Positions 17,128 through 27,952 of a stretch of 51,413 nt of DNA are shown here, piece after piece. Position 1 is the stretch's first letter; every line of letters begins with the position of its first letter. A program made the position numbers and the translations under genes. This DNA comes from a virus. Its lineage: Duplodnaviria > Caudoviricetes. The stretch is taken from the IMG/VR virus record IMGVR_UViG_3300012096_000002, positions 1 through 51,413 of that record; one strand, 5' to 3'. The notes below the pieces were generated by a model. That model was not told where the DNA came from, made no database searches, and saw only the letters and a list, made by a program, of their open reading frames with translations.

Positions 17128-20100
17128 TATTGTTTATATTCCTGTTGTAGTTTAGTTCTATACTGTTCTGTACGTGTGGCTTGTACATCCGATTGGAACC
17201 ATTTCTTAGTGGGTACCTTAGTAGTTGCGAAGTGTTGTGAGACTTGATCTGCTTGAGTTTCATAACCATTCATAGCTTTAGATATGACTCCAGCTCTCAT
17301 GTCTAGAGGCATACCTGCCCACTCCATACGACCAAAAGCTCTACGAAAATAATCATTAGATTGATTCTGATCTTGAGCAGCAGAAGTCATTAAACCTCTA
17401 CGAATTTCTTTAATGACTTCCTTCTCAGTCCACTTCTGGTAATCATCTTCAGACTTCTTGATATTAGTTATCTGATAAGCATCATCTGCTTCTTGACCGT
17501 GTAGACCTGTAACTCCTTGAAATAGAGCATTTAAAGTACTGACATTACCTTGATAACCTTCATTCTTAGATAACCATTTACCTGTATTCAAAGCAGTTAA
17601 CACCTGCCAAGAAGAATTAATACTAGATACTTCCTTGAAGACATCTAAAGCATCTTCTACTTTAAAAGGATGATCCATCTCTTTAGGATTACCTCGTATA
17701 CCTGAGATTATTGATAAAGCTAAAGGACTTGCACTAGCTAGAGTATTGGAGAAGATACTGACACCAGCACCACCTAATAGCTGCCACCAAGTATGGTCAG
17801 ACCATAGTTGATTGAAACCTTGAATACCATAACGTGGTCCTACATTATAGAAGTTACCCTTTTCCAGATCACCTTTACCAGTGACCATAGCTCCTAGGAT
17901 AGCAGGTAAACCTTCCATCATTGCAGAGGTAAACCAATTGTGTCCCATAACATAACCACGATCTATTGCTTCCTTACGAAAGACATCATATAGAGGTAGA
18001 CCTGTTAAACCAAAGGCTACTGGTATACCGTATAGACTTGAATAGATTGCAGCCATCCTAGTCTTAGCAGCTAAGCTAAGTCTATTACCCAGAAACTGTT
18101 CAGTAGTTCTAAGTTGATAAGTTAAGAATTGAGTGGTAAGACCCATGACTCCAGTATGTAATTCAGAAGCAGAAGCCCTGGACATATTGGCGCTGAGTAA
18201 GTCAGCTCTATGTAATATTGAAGCTCTATCAGAATTAGTAATTAAACCAGTAGGTTTAACTTCCCTAAACTCTCGATAAGCAGTATACCAAGCTCCTAAT
18301 CTAACAGACTTCTCACCAGCTCTGAAGAATCCTTGCCCTGCATTTAAGAAGTTACCCCAATCATTACCAATGAATTGATGTTGAACATTATCACGCATAG
18401 CATATTCACCAGAGACATGTTCGAAACCAGTCTCACGTAGAAGTCTATTAGCTTCTAACCATTCACCAGGTTTACCAAAACCTAGATTAGAAGCAGCACT
18501 ATCTAGTTTAGATAAGAAGCCTTCAGTCCTATTAATATTAGCCCAACCATGTAAGAACGCACCAGCAGTGCCACCTGCGCCATGTTTAAAGCCTGCTATA
18601 CCAACTATAGACGCATAGGTTTGTGCTTGCACCAGTATTTGCGCAGGATTAAATACACCAAGTTTAGTATTAAAAGCAAAGGATCTTAATAGACGAACAG
18701 GATCATGGATATGACTCAGTGCCCAGAGAGGAATGATGGCAGCCTTCTCAGCTAGTCCACCTTTCTCATAAGCTGTATCGGCTAGATGTTGAGCTAAGCT
18801 ATGAGTCCAAGTATCAAAGGTATTAGGTATACCTACAAACTGATTAATCTTCATTCTATTAGCTAGAAGCTTATTCAATATCTCAGGAGGAGTAGCTGAT
18901 TTAAAAGCATTCTTATCTGTAGCTTGATGGAAGTTCCAGAATGGAGAAGCCCTTAACGAGGATTCATTCTCCTTTAAATAAGGTCCTGCTTCACGAAGCC
19001 AATGCTCGACAGCAAAGATCTTGTAGTCATCCATATAGGTACTATTGATTGCTCTATTGAGAGCACGGTTCATAGTAGGAATAGGATCTGTTAACTTAGC
19101 AGGTTCATACTTCCATAAAGAACTATCCCGTCCACCAGTTATAGTACCAACTCTCTCAGCATCACGTTGTAAGTTAAAGGCAACTCTATTCTGAGCTGCA
19201 TCAGATCCTTCTTTAGTACCATCTCGGAATGTACCTGGATATCTTGACTCAAGAGACTTATCTAGATCATATATCTTTCTATTCTTAGGTACGACATAGA
19301 ATGGTTCTGTAGTGCTCAGACGTGGAGGAATTATATTACCTTTAGGATCTCTACTAGGCTTAAACCACTTACTTAGTTCATCCCATTTAATAGGTAGAGT
19401 TCTCTCGGTTAAAGCTTGAGCTTCATCTAATTGATTCTTACCAATCAAGACACGAACAGCATCTAGACGTCTAGCGACATCTGCACCCTTAGCTCTATTA
19501 TCAATAGGCATTACAGTCTGATCTCCAGTGTAGAGATCATTGTACTTAGTACGCTTATCACTAGCTACTGTACCAGCACGTTCCGGAATTATCTGAGCCT
19601 GCTTAATATAATGTTCATAAGGATATTCAAAGTGACCGCCACCACGTCTTGCAACATGGTTGAAGTCTAGTGGTTTAGTTTCAACGTTATCTGTTACTAC
19701 ATACCTGACACGTTCTGAAGCAGCTACGTCACTGAAATTCTTAAGAGGATATTCATCTGGATTATAAATCCGTATTACTTTACGAGCACCTACAGAAACA
19801 TCTTTCTCTAACTTCTCCCAAATTTGAGGATTAAGAGCACGACTTTGCAGATTGTATAACTTCTCATCGCCGAGACGATTACCCATGATCAAGACATTAT
19901 CTTTACCATGGGGCATTGTTTTCTCTTCTATTCCATCGAAGAAACCAGATCTCTCAAATTGATTAGAACCTGAAACACCACTACGAGATAACGCAGCAAT
20001 CTGATGTTGCTCTGTACCTATACGGGCACGGTTACGAAACTCTGCTATCTCTGAGAATATTCTATTACCTTCAGTTAACTTAACGTGAGCAAAGTAAGCC

Positions 20101-22211
20101 TCTACCTCTGGGAAACTAGGAGAACGGTTATAATATCTTAGATAATGATCTTCCAATTCTCCGGGTGTCTTAAAGAAATAGCCAGGGAGTCCTGTATCAG
20201 GATCGTTAATCTTACGAGCTTGATCTAAGACATCTGTAAAGTCTTTCCAAGTCTGTCGTTGTTTTAGTGTAACTTTATTGAGCAGTGCTCTAGGCTTAGC
20301 ACTCCAATACCCATAACTAGTACCAGTAATAGGATCATTTTTATAGTAACCAGTAGCAATTGCTTCGATCTTAGATTGTTCATCCTTAGCCCACTGTTTG
20401 AATAAGTTCTGGGTATAAGTAGCAACTAGACGTTGCTTCATATCATTTACAGCTAAAGTATTGTCAGCACCACGCCATCTGCTGAAGGCAGCTTTGAGAG
20501 TTCCCGTTTCATTGGATACACTACTAGCACCGGGTCCAGTAAAGTTACCTTTAGTATCTCTATCGATCATATAGTTGCGGACTATATCTTCAGTTTCATT
20601 ATATGGTTTTGTAACTACAAGTTTGAAACCTAGACCATCCTGAGCTACCTTAGCCCCAGTAAGACCGTGCATATCTGCAAAGTTCTGGGCTGTAGTAGCA
20701 TTAGAATGTAACGTACCATCTAGATCCCCTAGATGAGTTTCCACATGCCAGGTATTAGTAACAGGTTCCCGTATAGGAGGAGATTGATCTAGAATAGCAT
20801 TCTCTAGACCTTTGAAATTATTCTTATTAAGTTCTCCATAAGCACGGAGAGCATTCTCTGTCTCCAGAGGAATTGGAGTTCTATTAACTCTAGCTGCAGT
20901 AACAGCAGTCTGGAGAATAGTATCAGCAGATCTAGTAAACCCATCTTGAAGACGAGTCATTTGTTCTCTACTCATAGCTCCAGGACGATTGTAATTATAA
21001 TCAGTAGCTAGCTGTTCTAAATCTAATCTGAAGTTAGAAGGCAACCTATCGATCATATCCTGAAAGAAGTTATCCTTACCGTTAAGAGTCTTAGTTACCT
21101 TATCCGCAGTTCTTATTACTCCAGCTTCTGCAACATTACCTGCACCTTCAGCGGCAGCAGCTTTGATGGGAATGTCTTTAGCATCCTTAGCAGCAGAAGA
21201 TATAATATCTCTGACAGCAGTCCTAGCTTGGTTATAGACAGCAACCTTACGAGCTAAAGAAAGACCACCTTTAAAACCTGTAGCAATATCTACTGGAGCT
21301 ATAGCTGTGGAGAAGTTATCTATGGTACTTCGAGAGGAAGTAACACCTGCTAGATAGTCAACAAATTGTTTAGCCAGACTAGGATTATCTTGACGTAGAG
21401 GATTTAAGATAGCATCAACTCTAGTTTTAAATACTTCTTGATCTGGTATACGTAAAAGGAAATCAGCCTGAGCTTGTAAGTTAGTGCCTAAACCTAAACC
21501 TCCAGATACTTTACCTACCTCTGGAACAAGACCACGCATCTTAGCTTCAGGATATACCTGAGTAAGACTTTTAAGTTGATCTGCTAAATAAGGTACCCAA
21601 CCCTGCTCATGTACTTCCTGATTTAAATTATCTTGCCAAGTACGAACATACTCCATCTTAAAGACAGCAAGATTTCCTTTATCAAGCAAGGGTTGTACTT
21701 GTTCTGGAATATCCTTTACAGCTTCATCCATCACAGTATCTTTCATGCGAGCCGCAGCCTCATGAATAGATCCTATGTAAGACTTACCAAAATTCTCTTC
21801 CATTACTGTGGTAGGATCGGTAGGTTTGTTAGCAGGATTGAAAGGATCTAATATCCTTCTAACCTCAGTATAATCTAGCAATCCTTGCTTCTGATTAGCA
21901 GCATCAATTAGCATCTTCTGCTTCTGCTGAGCCTTCTGCTGATCTAAAACTGAAGATAACTCTTCACGTAATCCAGGTTCATCACCTTTAGATATACGCA
22001 TATAGACTTGAGCTGCATCCATAACTCCACTATTACCAAAGGCATAGTTGAACTTATCAGCACGCTTCTTAGCTATCTCAGGCTGAGGAGGCTCTACTGG
22101 AGCAGGTCCTGCCGGAGCTAGACTAATTTGAGTATCAGCAGCTTGTGCAGGTTCTGAGATTGAGATTGGAGTAGAAGTATCTTCTTGAGGTAATTCTTGA
22201 GGTTCAGCCAT
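17127..22211 (-). CDS. Large internal virion (ejection) protein
   Basis: 1694 aa; gp16-like size and position. Confidence 0.75.
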   Translation of the reverse strand: MAEPQELPQEDTSTPISISEPAQAADTQISLAPAGPAPVEPPQPEIAKKRADKFNYAFGNSGVMDAAQVYMRISKGDEPGLREELSSVLDQQKAQQKQKMLIDAANQKQGLLDYTEVRRILDPFNPANKPTDPTTVMEENFGKSYIGSIHEAAARMKDTVMDEAVKDIPEQVQPLLDKGNLAVFKMEYVRTWQDNLNQEVHEQGWVPYLADQLKSLTQVYPEAKMRGLVPEVGKVSGGLGLGTNLQAQADFLLRIPDQEVFKTRVDAILNPLRQDNPSLAKQFVDYLAGVTSSRSTIDNFSTAIAPVDIATGFKGGLSLARKVAVYNQARTAVRDIISSAAKDAKDIPIKAAAAEGAGNVAEAGVIRTADKVTKTLNGKDNFFQDMIDRLPSNFRLDLEQLATDYNYNRPGAMSREQMTRLQDGFTRSADTILQTAVTAARVNRTPIPLETENALRAYGELNKNNFKGLENAILDQSPPIREPVTNTWHVETHLGDLDGTLHSNATTAQNFADMHGLTGAKVAQDGLGFKLVVTKPYNETEDIVRNYMIDRDTKGNFTGPGASSVSNETGTLKAAFSRWRGADNTLAVNDMKQRLVATYTQNLFKQWAKDEQSKIEAIATGYYKNDPITGTSYGYWSAKPRALLNKVTLKQRQTWKDFTDVLDQARKINDPDTGLPGYFFKTPGELEDHYLRYYNRSPSFPEVEAYFAHVKLTEGNRIFSEIAEFRNRARIGTEQHQIAALSRSGVSGSNQFERSGFFDGIEEKTMPHGKDNVLIMGNRLGDEKLYNLQSRALNPQIWEKLEKDVSVGARKVIRIYNPDEYPLKNFSDVAASERVRYVVTDNVETKPLDFNHVARRGGGHFEYPYEHYIKQAQIIPERAGTVASDKRTKYNDLYTGDQTVMPIDNRAKGADVARRLDAVRVLIGKNQLDEAQALTERTLPIKWDELSKWFKPSRDPKGNIIPPRLSTTEPFYVVPKNRKIYDLDKSLESRYPGTFRDGTKEGSDAAQNRVAFNLQRDAERVGTITGGRDSSLWKYEPAKLTDPIPTMNRALNRAINSTYMDDYKIFAVEHWLREAGPYLKENESSLRASPFWNFHQATDKNAFKSATPPEILNKLLANRMKINQFVGIPNTFDTWTHSLAQHLADTAYEKGGLAEKAAIIPLWALSHIHDPVRLLRSFAFNTKLGVFNPAQILVQAQTYASIVGIAGFKHGAGGTAGAFLHGWANINRTEGFLSKLDSAASNLGFGKPGEWLEANRLLRETGFEHVSGEYAMRDNVQHQFIGNDWGNFLNAGQGFFRAGEKSVRLGAWYTAYREFREVKPTGLITNSDRASILHRADLLSANMSRASASELHTGVMGLTTQFLTYQLRTTEQFLGNRLSLAAKTRMAAIYSSLYGIPVAFGLTGLPLYDVFRKEAIDRGYVMGHNWFTSAMMEGLPAILGAMVTGKGDLEKGNFYNVGPRYGIQGFNQLWSDHTWWQLLGGAGVSIFSNTLASASPLALSIISGIRGNPKEMDHPFKVEDALDVFKEVSSINSSWQVLTALNTGKWLSKNEGYQGNVSTLNALFQGVTGLHGQEADDAYQITNIKKSEDDYQKWTEKEVIKEIRRGLMTSAAQDQNQSNDYFRRAFGRMEWAGMPLDMRAGVISKAMNGYETQADQVSQHFATTKVPTKKWFQSDVQATRTEQYRTKLQQEYKQ

Positions 22212-22214
22212 TAG

Positions 22215-22775
22215 TTAACCTGTACCATATCCAGAAGGACTACCACCTCCCATTAAGAAGCCAAAACTTCCGCTACCTCCTAAATTCTTACCGAAGGATC
22301 CTATAATTGGACCAGCTTTAAGGAGTGATCCGCCAAGAGATTGTATTCCCTGATCTGTAGCAGCTTCTCCACCCAATTGAGCTAACTGTACTCTCTTAGA
22401 AGAGATGTCTGTATCAATACCAAAGATATTCTTACTAATTTCTAAACCTTGATTAATACCCAATGCATTTTGGAAACCTTCATTAGTAGCAGCAGCTTGT
22501 CCGCCAGCTAAACCTGAACCAAACTGTGCACCTTGACTAGTAGCTGTAGATAATCCTTGATCTTGAGCTTGTTGAATATTACGAAAGTTCTGTAAACTAG
22601 ATCTCTGAGCTTCTAATTGTACTTGTTGTTGTTTCTGAGCTTGAACTTTTTGTTCATCTTGAGCTATCTGTCCACTAACCTGAGCTTGTTCTTTAGCATT
22701 TGCAGCTTGACTTGCACCCCCAAAGAGTGACAATCCTAAACCTGCTATGCCTAAAGCTATTGTGATTGGATCCAT
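22215..22775 (-). CDS. Internal virion protein (gp14-like)
   Basis: MDPITIALGIAGLGLSLFGG hydrophobic start, A/Q/G-rich. Confidence 0.75.
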   Translation of the reverse strand: MDPITIALGIAGLGLSLFGGASQAANAKEQAQVSGQIAQDEQKVQAQKQQQVQLEAQRSSLQNFRNIQQAQDQGLSTATSQGAQFGSGLAGGQAAATNEGFQNALGINQGLEISKNIFGIDTDISSKRVQLAQLGGEAATDQGIQSLGGSLLKAGPIIGSFGKNLGGSGSFGFLMGGGSPSGYGTG

Positions 22776-25162
22776 TATACGCCCTGATTAGCTGTTTCAT
22801 AGAGAGACCAACCCATGACATCAAACGGTTGTCCATCTACCGATGTTATTCTAATTTGTAATACCAATCCCCAACCTCGTAATCTATGTCTTCGGAATGC
22901 CATACCAAAATTAGGATTATTAATATTTACTATCTGTTGTACAGACCATCTACCTGAATCTGTATTTAAAGCATAGTCCCATAGACTTTGAATGTAATAA
23001 GCTACAGGCTGACCTAATCTAGAGTAGACATAAATATATGGTAATTGGAAACGACGTGAAGCTTGTCCATGAAGCTTGTACCCAGTTACAAAGAAACTAG
23101 TGAAGTTAACTCCCTTACCATCGAAACTAAACCAATCTACGAAGGTAGAATCATGTTCATCCGAGAAAGTATATTTAAAGATACCTGTAACTAGTTGAGA
23201 ACTGAAGTATTTAAAACCTGAAGGAGGTGAAGTACTACCTCCGGGTCCTTCTATATATCTAACTCCGTGTACAAAAGTAAACCCTGGCCCTGTAGCAATG
23301 CTATGGGGAAAGAAAGCATTATTAACATTATTATAATTAAGGATGCGATCGTATTGGTAACGATCAGTTACGTTAGTTTCATTAGTATTTCGGTAGACCC
23401 ATTGAACAACGTAATCTAAAGGATTGTAAGCACCTTTTACAAACTTCTTACTCTGAAGAGGTATACTCTGATAGAAGGTTAAGATTGTACCTACAGTTAT
23501 AGGATTAACTTCCAACGGATTAACATGGAGAGGATTACTTAATAGCCGTGTTCCTTGTTTAGCTGGTTCTACTTTATAGATACCTTCTTCATTCCAAAAG
23601 ATAGGTAGACCTTGAACATCTACGAAAGATGTACTGGATATGCTACGTACTGCAGATAGCTTAACAATAGTATAGTCATTAGCTGCAAAACCAATGCCCG
23701 TACTACCAGTTAGATACCAAATGCCATTAGCAGCAAAGACAATCATAGCATTCTGTAACGGGAATAATTTATAGATGCTACCAGCACCAGGTATTTTAAT
23801 CACACCTCCATCGGAAGGAAGAAGATTAAATAAGGTTTGAGAACTAGGATCATTTGTTTGAAAACAATTACCAAAGTCTGCTGTAGAGGTAACTATGTTA
23901 GAGAAGTATATATTCTCTGACCAAGTTACATATGGTTCATCACCAGTTACAGGCTGCTGGGCATCCACTCCGGTATACCATACACGACCTTGAAACCATG
24001 TCCCAGTCTTAGGACGTATTGGTGTAACGATATCAGTTATTCCCGCAATTGCAGCAATTGTCGCACGTGATTGTATAAATTCTTTTAAGATGAAATGTCC
24101 ACGAGGAGCATTTCCAGAAGCTAACGTTACACGGTTTATTGTAGTTGTTGGATTAAAAGCTCCAGTAGTATCTTTAAAATACCACCACACATCTGCATTA
24201 GATGGGAAGTTTCCAACAGCTGTGTTCCAAGTAGTTATATATCCGTGATTAATAGGAACAATAGTCCATGTTCCACTATTTAATGCAATATATGGATCTA
24301 CAATGGTAAGAATATTTATAGTAAGACTTGTTCCCGCATAAGCAGTTACTGTTCCAGAAGCTATGATTGTTCCTGAATATGCCTGTGGACGCATAATACC
24401 TGTAAAGGTAAGATTGACAGAATCTCCATTGGTAGCAGATAAACCTGCAGCTACTGTGAAAACATAATTCCCAGGTACAAAAGAACCAACTGCAATGTTA
24501 CTATTGGAAGTAGAGGTAGCACTATAAGGATTACCTTGTGTCCATCCTTGATTTTCAAGATTATAAAGATGTTCTGCAGAAAGAACATTAGGACGTGTAT
24601 TAGCGTCTATACCCGGCTCAGGTATTCCTTGAAAGTCTCTTGTCCTAATTGTTATTCCATTGGGAGTAATTACTCCAGCATTATAAGTACAATAGATAGG
24701 ATCACAATACGGGTGGTAGATAAATAAATATCCATTGCCGTCTGAATATTGACATTCAATTGGAGACGGATCTAAAAAAGAAAATGCTGGAACAAAGTTA
24801 ACTAAGTTTACTGTACTGGATAATTTAGTGGTAGATAAAGGAGCATTAGTAGTAGCTGATGTGGAAAGAAAGAAGTAAAGCGTAGATCCTACTTGGGTGA
24901 CAATGATTTGAGTCAGACCATCCCCACCTGCATTGTTCCATTTATAATCTGATAGAGCCTTGCCACTCCTATCTCCTAAGGCATTAAGAGCAAAGTTAGT
25001 TTCATAGTCAATGCCTTCTCGACGAATAACATCACCTATTAAAGTATAGTTACAATTAAAAGTATCAGTAGCTGCATTCTCTGGAAAGTTAAGTCCAGTG
25101 AATTCAGTTACTAATCCCTTAGTAAAGTTATTCTCAACAGAATTTAGTACTTGCTGCGGCAA
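22775..25162 (-). CDS. Tail tubular protein B / nozzle
   Basis: 795 aa, NNFTKGLVTE start, FQGRVWY, beta-propeller-like; gp12-like position. Confidence 0.8.
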   Translation of the reverse strand: MPQQVLNSVENNFTKGLVTEFTGLNFPENAATDTFNCNYTLIGDVIRREGIDYETNFALNALGDRSGKALSDYKWNNAGGDGLTQIIVTQVGSTLYFFLSTSATTNAPLSTTKLSSTVNLVNFVPAFSFLDPSPIECQYSDGNGYLFIYHPYCDPIYCTYNAGVITPNGITIRTRDFQGIPEPGIDANTRPNVLSAEHLYNLENQGWTQGNPYSATSTSNSNIAVGSFVPGNYVFTVAAGLSATNGDSVNLTFTGIMRPQAYSGTIIASGTVTAYAGTSLTINILTIVDPYIALNSGTWTIVPINHGYITTWNTAVGNFPSNADVWWYFKDTTGAFNPTTTINRVTLASGNAPRGHFILKEFIQSRATIAAIAGITDIVTPIRPKTGTWFQGRVWYTGVDAQQPVTGDEPYVTWSENIYFSNIVTSTADFGNCFQTNDPSSQTLFNLLPSDGGVIKIPGAGSIYKLFPLQNAMIVFAANGIWYLTGSTGIGFAANDYTIVKLSAVRSISSTSFVDVQGLPIFWNEEGIYKVEPAKQGTRLLSNPLHVNPLEVNPITVGTILTFYQSIPLQSKKFVKGAYNPLDYVVQWVYRNTNETNVTDRYQYDRILNYNNVNNAFFPHSIATGPGFTFVHGVRYIEGPGGSTSPPSGFKYFSSQLVTGIFKYTFSDEHDSTFVDWFSFDGKGVNFTSFFVTGYKLHGQASRRFQLPYIYVYSRLGQPVAYYIQSLWDYALNTDSGRWSVQQIVNINNPNFGMAFRRHRLRGWGLVLQIRITSVDGQPFDVMGWSLYETANQGV

Positions 25163-25471
25163 TTAATCTATTACTTCTTTAATCTCTATATTCCTACCTA
25201 AGAAATAAGCTTCAGCATGTCTCTTTAAGGATGAAAAATTAGTAAACTTAGCTTTCAAGGGTTGTGGTAAACCACCTGAATCATACTGCATATACCATAG
25301 ACAAGTATCTGGTTCCATTTTAGCATAGAGTTTATTCTCTCCGGTGAATAACGTGGGATCGATCATTCCTGTGCTACTTCTAGGTTTCTTAGCATCTATT
25401 ACACCTAGAACAAATATTCTATCCTTGGCTCGCATCTTAGTAGTATCAGGCAGGTATTGGACTTCAGCCAT
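25163..25471 (-). CDS. Hypothetical protein between tail tube genes
   Basis: Coupled ORF; GGLPQPLKAKFT. Confidence 0.75.
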   Translation of the reverse strand: MAEVQYLPDTTKMRAKDRIFVLGVIDAKKPRSSTGMIDPTLFTGENKLYAKMEPDTCLWYMQYDSGGLPQPLKAKFTNFSSLKRHAEAYFLGRNIEIKEVID

Positions 25472-26603
25472 TTGAAGAATCCCATCCTCTTAGTTTGAAT
25501 TGACTAGCCCTACTTGTTACCATACCACCACGTCTACCATAATCCGCAAATTCATTGAAGTAGGTGGGTCTATTAATGATTGCTTTATTCTTTTGTACTG
25601 TACTCCATCCACGTTTAATTTCCTGTTCAGCCTTAGGATGTACAGATTGTTTAATCTCGAAGTATGCTAAGGCTTTAGCTTCATTAAGAAGAAGGGTGAA
25701 CTGCTCATCATCTAAGTTAGGAATGAAGCTGTCAGTCATTATCCACTTAGGAAATACTCTAGCCCAACACATAGTCTTGCTGGCCTGAAGAGTTGAGTCC
25801 TGAGTATTATCAAAGGAGTCAAAGATAACTACAAAGTTACTTAGAATGGTACAGAAGCTAGGTTGTCTATCAGTCTTATAATAGAAGGTATAACTACCGG
25901 GGAAACCATTAATATTCCCATCAAACTGGAAACTTCCTACATTTATCTCCGTAGGGTTGAAAGTATTAACTCGATCTATGAACTGATCTACCGGAAGAAT
26001 AGTAACATACTTATAACCTGGAACAGCTATATTACCAGTAGATATAGCAGTAATAATCCAAGAACTAAAGGTTCCTGAACCAGTTCTAGAAACTGCATTT
26101 AATACTAGAGTAGTTCCTACATAACTAGTCACATTGCCAGTTACAGTACTAGTCCCAGAAGTAGCTGTAGCTATCTGTCCTATTTTAATAGGTAAAGTAG
26201 ATGAAGCCACTGTAAATGTTAAAGGACCTAATGCAATGGTATTAGTAGTTAGAGATGTAGTAGACCAAAGTATAGTAGGTTTAATATCTGTGTTAACACC
26301 ATGAGTTGCTGTGGCAGTATTAACATTAGTAAATCTATTAGTATCGAAATACTTAATCCATTTAATACCAGGTACGTCATCAGGGATAATCATTTCCACT
26401 GGAGCTGTACTAGTAAGAGAAGGTTGTAATTGAATTAACTGACTATGTTCAGGTAATTCAGTACGATTAACAATATCAAAGTATTTATTCTTTAGTATTA
26501 GAGCTATCTGTTGAGACTCAACGTTGTCCCCAATACTATTGACTTCATCTGAAGATAAAGCACTCAAAACATTTTGAGTCATGTCGAGTAGAGTCATGCC
26601 CAT
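25464..26603 (-). CDS. Tail tubular protein A / adaptor with inserted beta domain
   Basis: MTLLDMTQNVLSALSSDEVNSIGD.VESQQIA start; FDSFD; LLLNEAK. Confidence 0.8.
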   Translation of the reverse strand: MGMTLLDMTQNVLSALSSDEVNSIGDNVESQQIALILKNKYFDIVNRTELPEHSQLIQLQPSLTSTAPVEMIIPDDVPGIKWIKYFDTNRFTNVNTATATHGVNTDIKPTILWSTTSLTTNTIALGPLTFTVASSTLPIKIGQIATATSGTSTVTGNVTSYVGTTLVLNAVSRTGSGTFSSWIITAISTGNIAVPGYKYVTILPVDQFIDRVNTFNPTEINVGSFQFDGNINGFPGSYTFYYKTDRQPSFCTILSNFVVIFDSFDNTQDSTLQASKTMCWARVFPKWIMTDSFIPNLDDEQFTLLLNEAKALAYFEIKQSVHPKAEQEIKRGWSTVQKNKAIINRPTYFNEFADYGRRGGMVTSRASQFKLRGWDSSNG

Positions 26604-26604
26604 A

Positions 26605-26967
26605 TTAACGTCTCCAAATATTCAAAGCAGTTACACCAAATAAGAATACCATAACTGCATAAGGTAATTCAGCAAGAGAAGGTGGATATGCAGCTACTGT
26701 CCAAACTAAAGTAGGATATTTATAAACTATAATATTATTCCAAGTTACAAAACCCATCCAAATAGCAACAGGGAATAGAATTATATCCCGAGTAACCCTA
26801 ACCCCGATATCATCATGAAAGGCAGTAGTTATTGTAGTACTGCCTTTAATAACTTGAGTATCTAAATCTACATCTGCTTTATGAATACCGAGACGGGTGT
26901 CCTCTACCTTAGTAAATAAAGATACTATCCCCTGAATAATTGGTCCAATAATGGGAATCCAGAACAT
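26605..26967 (-). CDS. Membrane protein, holin candidate
   Basis: Several hydrophobic segments, in lysis cluster. Confidence 0.55.
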   Translation of the reverse strand: MFWIPIIGPIIQGIVSLFTKVEDTRLGIHKADVDLDTQVIKGSTTITTAFHDDIGVRVTRDIILFPVAIWMGFVTWNNIIVYKYPTLVWTVAAYPPSLAELPYAVMVFLFGVTALNIWRR

Positions 26968-27197
26968 TAATGATCCTCAGCTAGTAGTGCAACCATACCT
27001 ACCACAGCCAATGCTATGGTAACTTCTTTAGGAACATCTAAGACACTTAGATATGTCTTAAATTCAGGGTTTGTAACGTAGTGGTTAACCGCAGAAACCA
27101 TAGCTAGAAAAGCACTGGGAATAGTATAGAGTTTAGTCCAGAATCTAGTCCAACGTTTCTTCCAGATTTCTTTAAACAGGTGGGAGGTGAACTGCAC
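26967..27197 (-). CDS. Small 2-TM membrane protein (lysis cluster)
   Basis: Hydrophobic segments, coupled ORF. Confidence 0.6.
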   Translation of the reverse strand: MQFTSHLFKEIWKKRWTRFWTKLYTIPSAFLAMVSAVNHYVTNPEFKTYLSVLDVPKEVTIALAVVGMVALLAEDH

Positions 27198-27441
27198 TGG
27201 TTAACTTATTAAGTTCAGTTTTAGCTAAAGCAAGGTCAGCTTTGACAGCGGTAGTAGCACTACCACCATACCACCAACCAAGACCTCCACCGGCTACGAA
27301 AGCGACGACGGCGGCAATAAGGACTTGCATATAAGAAACTCCTGTTTCAACATATTGAATTACGGGTTTAAGAGGTGCTGTTGTTTGCATAACAGCATGT
27401 GCGACTTGAGAAAGATTTGCAGCTGGGGCGAGATCAGCCAT
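27172..27441 (-). CDS. Single-TM protein (lysis cluster)
   Basis: VLIAAVVAFVAGGGLGWWY. Confidence 0.65.
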   Translation of the reverse strand: MADLAPAANLSQVAHAVMQTTAPLKPVIQYVETGVSYMQVLIAAVVAFVAGGGLGWWYGGSATTAVKADLALAKTELNKLTSAVHLPPV

Positions 27442-27952
27442 TAAAGATTCCTTTTATTCTTGAGATAAATGATAATTTAGGAGGAATAGAAACTAGAGAC
27501 TTACTGTAGTTACGAACCCTGGATACTCGAGCTAACCATCCTTTGAGGAACTTAGCATTCTTACCTACGCCTATAGCCTGTAGGAAGGCCGTACGTTCGT
27601 CATTGATAGCATCTATTAATTTAGTACCTGTAAGTGATTTAAACTTCTGTAGAGCCTTCCTAGGGCGTCCTAGACCACTATTAACACCATAGTCAAAACA
27701 AGTGTAATCTACACCAGATGGTAGAGAATCACAACCTAAAGCATCCCAATATTTAGACTTATAAATAATCTTAGCTTGGTCTACAATCATATTCTTTACA
27801 TCTAAAGAAGTCCCACTGCTGTTAATGTACTTGCGATAATCAGCAATAGTAATACCAAAGTTAGTAGCACCACCGCTGTCACTCGGATCATTACTATATC
27901 CTCCTTCGTCTTTAAGAACTCTAGTTAAACAATCATTAAAATTAGACTTCAT
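27434..27952 (-). CDS. Endolysin, glycoside hydrolase family 108
   Basis: EGGYSNDPSDSGGATNFGIT; FDYGVNSG; FLKGWLARV. Confidence 0.93.
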   Translation of the reverse strand: MKSNFNDCLTRVLKDEGGYSNDPSDSGGATNFGITIADYRKYINSSGTSLDVKNMIVDQAKIIYKSKYWDALGCDSLPSGVDYTCFDYGVNSGLGRPRKALQKFKSLTGTKLIDAINDERTAFLQAIGVGKNAKFLKGWLARVSRVRNYSKSLVSIPPKLSFISRIKGIFNG

